In this document: in pieces, positions 52,304 to 64,000 of the stretch
Layout: every line of letters starts with the position of its first letter
Numbering within the stretch: position 1 is the first letter of the stretch
Assembly (NCBI RefSeq): GCF_026210795.1
Contig: NC_089433.1
Coordinates: 5,704,001-5,768,000, forward strand
Length of the DNA: 64,000 bases
From: Rhizophagus irregularis
Taxonomy: Eukaryota
Direction of reading: 5' to 3'
The notes under the pieces: generated by a model
Told to the model about the DNA's origin: nothing
Seen by the model: the letters and a program-made list of their open reading frames with translations, nothing else
Databases searched by the model: none
Made by a program: the position numbers and the translations under genes

Positions 52304-53257
52304 ATGGCCGAAGAATTAACTAATTTATTTGATAATCTTCAAATTGAAAGAAATAGCAAATATGAAAATACAAACGTATATTGCGAGCAGATTAATACTA
52401 TCTCTAACACTTACGATCATTTATTACTAAATTTGATTAAAATTTTAATAGCAGATAACACAATGAAAATTAATATTTATGATAGAGTAATAATTATAAA
52501 CAATGTTTTGTTTTGCATAAATCTTAATCAAAATAATCAAATTGAAGATTATATTCCATATAAACCTTTAATGCGATTACCGGCATATAATAATAAATTA
52601 TCATTTGTTTCTAAAAATGACCCAACTTGGTGGGATGAATGTTGTACTGAATTTGAAAATTCTATGTTACATCTTAAAAATTTAACTAATAATACTACAA
52701 CATTCAATATTAAATCAATGATTGACCAAAAAAATTATATAGAAATTGAAATTATCAATTTAACCATTAAAATTATGAATAAAGAAAAAATAAGTGAATT
52801 TAGTTTAGTTCAAATGTACATTTTATCATTATACTTAGAAAATTTTTTTATAGAATATAAATTAGAATCAATTTATAGCGAAGAATTTTTATATACAAAT
52901 AAATACTTTACTTTCTATAGCCAATTAGTAATAAACTATTTAAAGAAAAGTGATCTGTTTTATTCTTATAATGAGAATTTTTATTTAAGATTCATTAACC
53001 CATCACTATTATATTTATTATACAGCGTTAAAAATACATTAATTCTTTTTAGACCTTATGGGTATGATGCATTATGTGATAATTCGGATATTATAGATTT
53101 AAACATACATGAAATAATTTCATTCAAAAAAGAAGGATTAAAATACTTTGCATTAAATAATTTAATTGAATTAAAATTAAATAATAAAAAATTACATATC
53201 ATTAATTCTGACGAATATGCTAATGTAATTTGCAATGATGCTTATATATTGAATTAG
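52304..53257 (+). CDS. Hypothetical intronless protein (317 aa)
   Basis: Long ORF in very AT-rich DNA; TATATAAA 40 nt upstream. Confidence 0.75.
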   Translation: MAEELTNLFDNLQIERNSKYENTNVYCEQINTISNTYDHLLLNLIKILIADNTMKINIYDRVIIINNVLFCINLNQNNQIEDYIPYKPLMRLPAYNNKLSFVSKNDPTWWDECCTEFENSMLHLKNLTNNTTTFNIKSMIDQKNYIEIEIINLTIKIMNKEKISEFSLVQMYILSLYLENFFIEYKLESIYSEEFLYTNKYFTFYSQLVINYLKKSDLFYSYNENFYLRFINPSLLYLLYSVKNTLILFRPYGYDALCDNSDIIDLNIHEIISFKKEGLKYFALNNLIELKLNNKKLHIINSDEYANVICNDAYILN

Positions 53258-55069
53258 TTTTAGTATTAAAGTATTAGTATATCACTTTACTACATATCGG
53301 CGGATTTGTTTCATCACCTAAATATGCTGAATTTTTGCATTATGTAAGCACAGCAAAGTTAAGGATGCATTGCACGATATCCATAAAGATGTGTGATTAA
53401 AAAAAATCAATTTTGATACGATTTTAATTTTGGCCGGAATTAACATAATTTTGGCCAGATTTATGATATGTAGATCAGTGTAACATCATATGATAACGCT
53501 AAGCCACTCCAATAAAATGTTTTTTTACTTTCGCTTCTTTTTAATTTAATTTCTAATTTTAAAAAGTACACAATTAGTATACGAGTCTCAAGTTAAAACT
53601 AAAAAATTGATTTTTAAATTATAAATTTAATCTATTACAGTATTTATATTAATACTTTAAATTTAAGTATAATAAGAAACATAAAACATTTTGAACGCTC
53701 AACACTTGTGACAAAAAAATAGTGAAATATAAAGATAACCACCCAAACTCTTTTCAAAAATTCACTTTCAAAATATCTTTACAATAAGTCTTCTCAAATG
53801 AACCTATATAAGCAAAAAGGGAGAATTTAGAACAATATTATTTAAAAAACTTCTTAGATCTAAAAGGTAAAAAGAAAAAAAAAAAGAAATAGAAAACTAG
53901 CCAAAAGAATAAAAAAAAACTCCAGCACTAAATATTCATACAACTCACAGACTGACATACCTTAAGTCGGATAGGTTGTAACTATGTCGGATGGGTTAAA
54001 ACACGGTTTTTTTTAAAAATATTTTTTTTTTAACGTTGGCAAGTTCAAAAAAAATTTTTTTTTCAATTGATCTACAACTCACCTGATGTGAAATCTTGTG
54101 TTTGCTGATCAGTTTAGTATTACGCAAAAGGACTAATAAGGCAATAAAGCAATTTTATCCCGTGAATCAAATCCGCCCATATGAGCAAAGTGATATATAT
54201 GAAATTTATTATAGTTACAAAAGAGCACGATTGATTAGATAAATTAAAATTTTAGTTTGAACTAAAAATATATTTGAGTTGTATTTTTCTTATTACTTTA
54301 TGTTTAAGACTATTGCAATAATAAATCGTTTTGCTTATTAGATTATCATAAATATCAAAAAATACTTGTTGTTATTATAGTACATGTGTATTTTCAGCAG
54401 AATTTATTTGGAAAAGTATTCGTTATTGAGGCGTCATACATTGTTGCCGTAATTTTTTGTATGGAAATGCAATTATGTGCGACGATAATTGTACATGCTA
54501 TTCGCAATATTGTTGAATAAACGTATAAATGGAACACACTGACACATTATGGAAAAATTCAATAAAATGAATCAAAAATTTATCAAGGTTTTATTATTCG
54601 TTTTATAACCCATTTTTATAATGCCTTAAGAATTTTCAATTATTTCCGTTGTGACGTATTCCATGGTGATCATGAGACAATTGACAAATATTGTTCTTTA
54701 ACAATACAAAAAAAAAAAATACAATACAATACAAATAAATAACTTAGTGTTTCATTAGTATAAAAAAAATGCTCAATGCACAAAAACAATAATTATTAAG
54801 TTAAGTCTTAATACAATATGAATTTAATAACATATATCAAATTTAAACTTAATTCAATATGTCGGGATATTAATTTATTATATATTATGTATTGTTTATT
54901 AATTTTAATTGTTTTGAGTTTGTAATTATAATACGATAATAGTATAAATGTATTATTATGATTTGATACAAATTAAAAATATTTAAGTAAATTTTTATTA
55001 TTAGATTTATCAAAAAATATGTTCAATAGAATATCTGTCAACTCGTACATTGATAATAAATGTAATAGA

Positions 55070-57270
55070 AAAAAATATTTATTGATTTTCACACAAAAAT
55101 AAATTGAAATACTGCACTATCTTTGCTTCAATTTTATAATTGTTATTGATTGAATATTTGTTATTATGCAATTTAATTTTTTAAATTATCGTTGCCTCAA
55201 TTAAAGCTCCGAACGGTTCGGGCTAAACCGGGGAACTGATCCGAAACCGGCTCAAAATTCGGTTCGGTTTGGTTCAGGTATTAGAACCGAAAAACCGGCG
55301 GTTCGGTTCGGTTTAATCTGATTTTTTATAAAAATGCGAAAATCGAATAGCCGGCCATCTAGTGATCGTACAAAGTCGAGCCATATATCATTGGATTCCT
55401 CTCGACGAGACGCGGCGAATGGTGGTAAGATCATGTCTCTAGCATCGATAGAGCACACGTTAACCCACGCTAAATGATTTATCAATAATTGGAATTAGCA
55501 AGCTATCTATCGGTGCTAGAGACATGATCTTAGCACCATTCGACGCGTCTCAGTGAGACGAATCCAATGAATATAAATTCGTTCGTGTAGGATCACTGGA
55601 TGGCGAATAATATCAAGTTTCACATTTTTTTAAAATTTTCGAGCGTTAAAAATTAAAAATTCCGATACATGAATTTATTCGTCGTCCAATGGTCGTATAA
55701 ATATGAATTAGGACTCATTGGATTCGTCTCGATGAGACGAGTCGAATGGTGGTAAGATCACATCTCTAGCATTGATAGATAGCTTGCTAATGCCAATTTT
55801 TTATAAATTATTTAGCGTGAATTAACTTACGATCTATTAATGCTAGTGACATGATCTCACCACCATTCGACTCGTCTCATCGAGACGAATCCAATGAGTC
55901 CTAATTCATATTTATACGACCATTGGACGACGAATAAATTCATGTATCGGAATTTTTAATTTTTATTGCTCGAAAATTTTAAAAAAATGCGAAACTTGAT
56001 ATTATTCGCCATCCAGTGGTCGTACACGAACGAATTTATATTCATTGGATTCGTCTCGACGAGACACGTCGAATGGTGCTAAGATCATGTCTCCAGCACC
56101 GATAGATAGCTTGCTAATTCCAATCATTGATAAATCATTTAGCGTGGGTTAACGTGTGTTCTATCGATGCTAGAGACATGATCTTACCACCATTCGACGC
56201 GTCTCGTCGCGACGAATCCAATGATATATGGCTCGACTTTATATGATCACTAGATGGCCGGCTATTCGATTTTTCGCATTTTTATAAAAATCGGATTAAA
56301 CTGAACCGAACCGCCGGTTTTTCGGTTCGGTTCTTACGGATTTCGGCTCTAATCCAAACCGTCTATAATCCGGACCAAACCGACCCGTTCGGAGCTTTAG
56401 CCTCAATTTTATAATCGTTATTGATTTAATATTAAGTCTAATATAATAATTATGACCGAAACTGAAGATAATATTTATTGATTTTCACACAAAAATAAAT
56501 CGAAATACTGCACTATCTTTGCTTCAATTTTATAATTGTTATAGATTGAAATTATTGTTGCCTCAATTTTATAATTGTTATTGATTTAATATTAAGTCTA
56601 ATATAATAATAATGACCGAAACTGAAGATAATATTTATTAATTTCCACACAAAGATAAATCGAAATACTGCACTATCTTTGCTTCAATTTTATAATTGTT
56701 ATAGATTGAAATTATTGTTGCCTCAATTTTATAATCGTTATTGATTGAATATTAAATCAATACAATAATGATGACCGAAACTGAAGATAATATTTATTGA
56801 TTTCTACACAAAGATCAATCGAACACTGCACTATTTTTGCTTCAATTTTGTAATTGTTATCGATTGAATATTCGTTATTATGCAAATTGATACGATAATG
56901 GTTTATAGAAGATAATATTCTTTGATTTTCACACAGAGATTAATTGAAATACTGCACTATCTTTCTTCGATTTTATAATTGTTATCGACTGAATATTTAA
57001 TCGATACAATGATGATAACCGTAATAAAAGATAATATTTATAGATTTGCCATTCAAAGATAAATCAAAATACTAGATTATTGTTTTTTTAATTATATAAT
57101 TGTTATCAATTAAATATTCGTTATTATGACTCAATTTTATTATTTAATCGATACAATAATGATGGCCGTATTAGAAGATAATGATTATTGATATCTAAAC
57201 AGATAAATCAAAATACTGCATTATCTTTGCTTTAATTTTATAATCGTTAATGCTTGAATATTAGTTATTA
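55070..57270. repeat. Degenerate tandem array (units of about 125-170 bp) interrupted by a hAT element
   Basis: ATTGATTTTCACACAAAAATAAAT(C/T)GAAATACTGCACTATCTTTGCTTCAATTTTATAATTGTTAT recurs about 7 times. Confidence 0.85.
55202..56399. mobile_element. hAT-type fold-back non-autonomous element, almost fully palindromic over 1.2 kb
   Basis: TIR TAAAGCTCCGAACGG; 8-bp TSD GCCTCAAT (55194-55201 and 56400-56407); AACCG/CGGTT subterminal repeats. Confidence 0.92.
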
Positions 57271-58632
57271 TGTGATGCTTCAAATAGATATTTAATGTAA
57301 AAAAATCAAAATTTATAATAATTTTGTCAGCGTTTGTTGAATTGTATATTATAATATAGCATTAATACATAATTAAAGCTATTCTTTTTCTATCAAAAAA
57401 GGTAATTATTATTATTATTATAACTTAATTTAAATTAGTATCACTTGTTGTAATGAACGCAAATTTTTATATAGAACAAAACGTCACTTTCATGAAAGCT
57501 TAACATGCTTTTAAAGATTTTTTAAATGAAAGTTATTGAACACTGCCATTAAAACTTCAATTTGACATATCAGTCAATAAGGATTCAATTTTTATAATAT
57601 TAATTATTAATTTTCTAAATTATTAGACTATAGTATAAATCTAGTTATATTAAAACACATAAAAAAATGGTTCATTATATTTTTTATCAATAATAATATA
57701 AGAAATGTTTTAAAACATTTTTTTTATATAAAAGACTTATAGATAATAAATTCATTATAATACTATCAACTTTGTAGGCAAGTCAGAGCAATAAATTTAT
57801 TAATTTTAAACTAATACAAAATTATGAAAATACACAATATAAAATTTTCATCTATTACTTTGCGACTTTGCAAACATCACTTAAAGTTTTGTTTTTTTAT
57901 AAAATTAATAATAGCATACAATTGAATTAACATTGTACAGTTTTGTATTTATTAATATTTCATTTTTATATAAAGTAAGTAAGTAACACTTAATAAATAC
58001 AATTTAATGATACAATACTTAATATATTTATAATACTGTTTTCATGCTGCAATCATGCAACACATTCAATTGTCCAATGAATTATTAATTTGAAATGATT
58101 GTTCATATTATAATTTGTTAAATTATCAAATATCAATAGCGACTAATTTTAAAAGTAAACATATTGATAACATAATTTTGTATTACCTATTGTAATTTTT
58201 TACGACTGTTGTCTTTGAAAACGCACAAAACAATAAAATTTATTTTTGTAAACAAAAAATACATAAATGAATGTGACGAAAACCACATATATTATAAGAA
58301 CACTTTACAATTCAAAGTTATAACGTAAAAAAAATATTTTCAAAATAAATATGCATATACGAAAGTTAATTTAGTTATAATTTATTATAAGTATATTTTC
58401 AAAAGCGTGAACTTAATGCTTTTTTTTTATAGTTCTGGATGAGCGTGTAAGTATGATAAGTCTTTAAAACAGTTCTATTATTTGGTGCAAGATGTCATAT
58501 TTAATCTGATTAAGGACAATAAAGAGTAGGTCAAATCAATAACATCATCAAAAAAATTATTTCTTGATTTACTAAGTTTTGTATTTTTTAATTCGCATAT
58601 AGCCTATAATAATAACAATATGACACAATTAA

Positions 58633-59441
58633 TTGCTAATTCGGTTAAGATCGGCAGTGTCTTACTATGTAAAATCGGGGTAAAAAAAGAAAATAATTAT
58701 CTCTTGATCCAATGATCCAATTTCAATGAACTTTTTTTTGTTCTATAGATCTTGATTTCCTCAATAAAATAAAAAATTTATTGAAATTGAAATACTAAAT
58801 TATAAGAAAATCGTGAAAAAGTATTTCATATTATTATTATGACTAAATTTTAGTAAATCATAAAAAAAGAATTGATTCCTAATTCAGTGATCCAATTTCA
58901 ATAATTTTTTTTTGTCTTTTAGGTCTTAACCTCTTCTTCACAATAAAAAAAAGTTTGTCAATATTGGACTGCTAGATCGGAAGATAATCACAAAGATATA
59001 TTTTGCTATATCACTGAATCTAAAAATCGTCTGGCAAAATATGTTTTCGCAATTATCTCACGATCTAGAGGCCCAATTTTGACAAAATTTTTTTATTATG
59101 TAGAGATTATTGAGATCCAAATAACAAAAAAAAGTTTAAATCGAAATTGGATACTGAAAAAAAATCAGTTTATCGAAATTGGATAATCAGATAATTGTCT
59201 GCTTTGTTATTAATGGAATCTGATCGTTGTCAGTAAAATATGTTTTTGTGATTATCTCACAACCTAATGGTCCAATTTCAATGAAATTATTTTTATTTTA
59301 TAAAGGTAATCCAGACTTACAGAACAAAAAAAAGTTCATCAAAATTGGATTATTAGATCATATGATAATTATTTTTATTATTTGCACCAATTTCCCCAAT
59401 TTTACATAGTAGGACACTGCTGATCTTAACCGAATTAGCAA
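58633..59441. mobile_element. MITE flanked by TTAA
   Basis: TIR of about 48 bp, TTGCTAATTCGGTTAAGATCRGCAGTGTCYTACTATGTAAAATYGGGG; TTAA on both sides. Confidence 0.88.
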
Positions 59442-59717
59442 TTAATGCGATTGATTTATAGATTCATAACATTTATAATAAAAACATTTTATTGTAGAAA
59501 GATGAATATTTTTTTGACCTTAATATATTAAATTTAAATTATTCATTTTTCGGACTACTGTACTAATTAATAAATGTGGGCTTAATTGTTATTTTCATAA
59601 TTTATAATTCGTTATAGTTGCTAACTGATAAAAATTCATGTATTCTTACAAAATATATTTCAAGCATGATCAAATGAGTTTAGTTAATTTGAGCCATGCA
59701 TAATTTTCATACTATAA

Positions 59718-59930
59718 TCACTGATTGATGATTACTTTACGTTTTATAAAAAATTGTTTTAGGAGAACATAACAACATGCATATAATAATATTGCAAATA
59801 CAACTAATATTGCGATTATTACTAGATAACAGTAATTTCCGCAGTTTAACCTTTCTTTGTTATAATGTGTTAATGCCTCACTGAAAGGTAGAAAAGAAAA
59901 AGGAAGCAGTAAGATTAACAAGTATATCAT
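59718..59930 (-). CDS. Small single-pass membrane protein (70 aa)
   Basis: Signal-peptide-like N-terminus, short ectodomain, TM helix followed by CC and a basic tail. Confidence 0.6.
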   Translation of the reverse strand: MIYLLILLLPFSFLPFSEALTHYNKERLNCGNYCYLVIIAILVVFAILLYACCYVLLKQFFIKRKVIINQ

Positions 59931-61538
59931 ATTTGAGTACTATACGTAACTAACAATTGTTTTTAAATATCAAATTTTGTATTATTGACAACAGTATTAT
60001 TATTTTACAGGTTGTATTGTTCTGCGAAAGTACTTATGTTTAGACAATAAAATAAATTATAAGTAATCCTGATTTAATGTTGAATATTTATATCTGTATT
60101 ATCACGATCATAATAATTATAATGATTTCAATCTAATTGTATCGAAAAACAAACGTTACGACATGATACACAAACATTCCAATGGGATAATAAATATTTG
60201 AAGTGATAAAGTTAATTGTCCTTTTTTTGTTAATTTGAATCTTAATCATCAAGTATAATTAGTAACATTAATAAATTTGCAATGCAAAAGTTAATTACAA
60301 AAAACATTTTTTTTAGTCAGGTGATAGAAATAAAGGTACATAGTATTTTATACAAAGTATTTTCAGTATCTGAAAGATCAATAATTAACCATCCTTATAT
60401 AGCTTTATATCAAACTATTTTTAGTAATGCTGAAATTAAAAAAATTTTAATCTCCCAAAATGTTTACGTAATACTACCATGTATAAATATTTAATAAAAT
60501 TGGACACTACTTTAACTATTTATTTGTTTTTCTCCCACGCCCAATTTTTGATACTTTTGTTATATTGCTTTCAAAATATTGTATTCATTATTTTTCCCAA
60601 TTTTCAAAAATAAAACAATTACTCATTTACGTATAAGTTGGAAATTGTATCAATAATTATCAATCATCTAATTAAAAATAATATCAGGTTTTTAAAATAC
60701 TGGTCATTTTGTTTAATTTGATTAACAAAACAAGCATATTCATAACATATATAAAAATAATTTATATAATTGTAATTTACGTAATATTACATAATGGCAA
60801 TAATAAACATTTAAATATTGATTTGGTATACGTAATTATTATAGAATATCATTAATATTTAATAACGCAATATTATCGCAAAACATAAAAATGTAAACCA
60901 AAACGAACAATTTAATTTTGCTGTATTTGTTTATGAAAATGATCATTTATGGTTAAGTTTTAAACTAATTTTTTTAAAACTGAATTATATAGTGTGCGAC
61001 ACTGTCTCTGCCTTTTTGAATTTTCAGAAATTCAATAAATTGCTCATATTTAAGCGCAGCTTAAAATTTAAATATTTTCTCTTAAATGATGACATGCACA
61101 CTTTCTCTCGATCGATTGCCTAATAAAAATTTCTTTCGGTTAAAATCGATTTTCATTTATAATACTTTTTAATAAAAGTACACATACACAATATTATTTA
61201 ATTAAATAAGTGTAACAATCACAATTTATTTATTTTATCAAACCGGCATCAATATAAGTCTATTTAGCTCACTGATCTAAAACGGATCATAAATTACATT
61301 TTGCTATTTATAATAAACTAAACAAAGAACAAATGCATTATGTTAGTTACCTTTGAACTTCAATTCCTTCTATTTTAGGATTGAATGGACCTTCAGATTC
61401 ATGTGTAACTTTATGAAACTCGTATTATCGTTATAATAGGAAATTAATAGTTCTCTTATCTGGGAATAATGCAATGCTGAAAACATTATAAAATTTCAGC
61501 TAATTACTTTAGTTTTTAAATGATTAAAATATATCGAT

Positions 61539-62112
61539 ATGGATCATCTTTTTCTTACTTGGGTTTGTTTATTTACAATATAGATTTTAATAATTTAAAA
61601 TAATGCATTTACTTATAAATTTTTTACATATTTAGAATTTGTGCTTAGAAGAGAGTAATAACTTGCAAGTAAAGTTTATTTTCGGTAAATACTCTGAAAC
61701 TAGAAAATATTGTTTGGATTGTAAAAACAATGATGAACAATTGCAGCATTTACGTGTTTTTGCAAGTGGATTTTTAGCGAAGATATACGTATCTAATAAA
61801 TTTCCTGATTTAAAAGGAAAGAAATTTGACGAAATTTGTAACGAATTGCAGGATGACATAATAAGGAGATTTTGCCAAAATAAAGATTATGAATTTTTTG
61901 AAGATGAAATATTGATTAAAAGATTATCTCGTTTCTTTGATCAAAAGTTAAATGATTACAGTAAAATATGTAAGAAATTTGTGAACGATAAAATTGTATA
62001 TTTTATTGTAAACGAAATCTATGGAAGTAGCAATAACGATAACAATAATGATAATGATAAATTATCTGAAAAGAAAACGATCAAGAAAATATTTTCTAAA
62101 CTAGAAAGTAAG
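61539..62112 (+). CDS. Spliced hypothetical gene (exons 61539-61562 and 61636 to about 62112; further exons likely from about 62347)
   Basis: TGG|GTTTGT...TTTAG|AAT junction is in frame with the 165-aa ORF; donor AAG|GTATAT. Confidence 0.55.
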
Positions 62113-62654
62113 GTATATTTAATCTATCAATATTAATATTTGAAGTCAAACTAACTATCGTGCATTCAACATTACTGTACCGTTAATACTTAACCAACCT
62201 CATCACTTGAATGTAATTCATAATATAAGCATTACCATTACTCAGATAAATAGTAATAATGTTAACTTTAGTTGTACGCAGTAATTTTTTTAATAAATAA
62301 ATAAACCCGTTTATTATTTAACGTTAAGGATATTTATTATTTTTAGATCATTGTGGAATATTCCGTCGTATTTTGAATTCAAATGATTTATCTAATGCTT
62401 ATAAAAATAACATTTCTCTAAGTAATGTAATACAAGAAATAATTTTCGGATCACTTTTTGAAAAGTCTTATCATCATTCATTTAACGTTAATTATTTTAA
62501 AATATTTAAAAATCTTATATTTTATTAGTTAGGTTTAAGATTATTTTTGTTTATTACTACATAAAATAAAATTTTATACTCAATATAAACAAATTATTGA
62601 TCTTAAAATAAAAGTATTATATTTTTAATTTTCATATCACTAGGCTTTTTGAAA

Positions 62655-62885
62655 ATGGATCATAGCCACATAATTGTTTAAGCTTTGATATTCTAATTTC
62701 TTAGTCGATTATAAATATTTTCTTAGTTTATGAACAGGTTTATTGATATTGATCATAGCCACATAATTGTGTGGCTTTGATATTCTAATTTCTCAGTCGA
62801 TTATAAATATTCTCTTAATTTATGAACAGGCTTATTGATATTGTGTGGCTTTTGATATTCTAATTTCTCAGTCGATTATAAAGTT
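62655..62885. repeat. Short direct repeat, about 2.5 units
   Basis: GCTTTGATATTCTAATTTCTYAGTCGATTATAAA occurs three times. Confidence 0.75.
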
Positions 62886-64000
62886 TCCCTTAATTTGAGT
62901 TTTTTATGAACAACTGTTTTGGATGGATTTTTGGCTTCCTATTGCTATAGAAAGTTAAGAACCTGTCTAAAGCAAGTTTAAAGAATTTTATTTCTTATAA
63001 TTAACATCGAAAATATACTTTGTCCGCCACGTGATCATTGCCTAATGAAATCGCAAATATAAATTTTTCACTCTGGAGTTCTGGCAGAACGGTTCCAAGC
63101 AGGTTTGCGCATAATTGTTTCAGACCTTTCCTTTAGTAATAATTCTTACTGAATTATTATTACCTTTTTTAGGCTAAGGTTATCATAATTTCGGCCCAGA
63201 AAGAATGCGTGCATTTTACATCACATATCAATATAAAATTCCCAACATAGATGGAATTTATAATAATTACCACACAATTGAAGCTTTTATTCTTTTGTAA
63301 AAAAAAACTTATTGGAATTTGGAAAAATTAACTATTATACTTCAAATACTTGTAACAATGAAGTTAAAATATTTGAAAAATTTCTTAGAATATTTTGAAT
63401 AATTCATGAATTATGCAATGCAAATAATTTTTGGTGCATGTATGAATTTCAAAAAAGTGATTTTGTAGTCAAAAACACAATTGTTTTTGAAAAAATCGTT
63501 GTAATCAGATTGATTCCAAATTTCTTTCAAACATTTATAATAATTTAACATTAGAATAAATAAAATGTGAAATAGATTGGAATGAATATATAAAAATTAT
63601 AAAAAATGATTTTATTAAAAAATGTATTAGAAATAAGAAGGGAGTTTTGGAATGAAAAATTATACTATAGTGCAGAACTTCTACTTATGTATAGTAACAA
63701 TTGATTAATTATAAATTTCTAAAAAAAAAATTTTTTTATATTAAAGTAAAAAATTTAACTGATAGTTTTTATAGATATGATCATTAGCTTTAAAAATTAT
63801 CAGTTATTTTTTTTCTAAATAAAATTTTGGCTAAGTTTTAGCTGTTTAAAAATCTGTAATTTAATTATACTGACCAAATTTAGTTAAAATTGAGACTAGT
63901 CTAATTTTTGCATTACAGATCTTTTTTAGCAACATTTAATATAATATTAATTGTTATTATACTTCAGATTTTTTTTCAATATGCTAAGAAGAAAAAAAAG

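Noticed and set aside
5400..60000. Starship-type giant transposon
   Set aside because: No tyrosine-recombinase captain gene or defined termini seen; cannot be supported from this window

Overview
Very AT-rich eukaryotic DNA with short GT-AG introns. The gene and TE repertoire (P450s, MATA-type HMG boxes, ML-domain secreted protein, RNase-H-bearing LINEs) fits an arbuscular mycorrhizal fungus (Glomeromycotina); this is an inference. Positions 1-5346 hold two spliced cytochrome P450 genes. From about 5.4 to 60 kb lies an accessory island of mostly intronless and often decaying genes. It includes a secreted Kex2/Ste13-type repeat-peptide precursor (alpha-factor-like architecture, predicted mature peptide YRGGG[G/R]Q) split by a MITE, three HMG-box genes, a BCS1-like AAA ATPase pseudogene, three members of an unrecognised Cys/His zinc-finger family, and several ORFans. 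Most island genes have a TATA-like box only 31-45 nt before the ATG. Between 30.9 and 48.0 kb are two LINE-type elements bounded by three copies of one 20-mer. The larger is interrupted by a 5.5-kb P-superfamily DNA transposon whose transposase appears to carry a RAMA-like domain and tandem Tudor-like domains. Many MITEs (hAT, Tc1/mariner, MULE and TTAA types) have identifiable TIRs and TSDs. No rRNA, tRNA or CRISPR was recognised.
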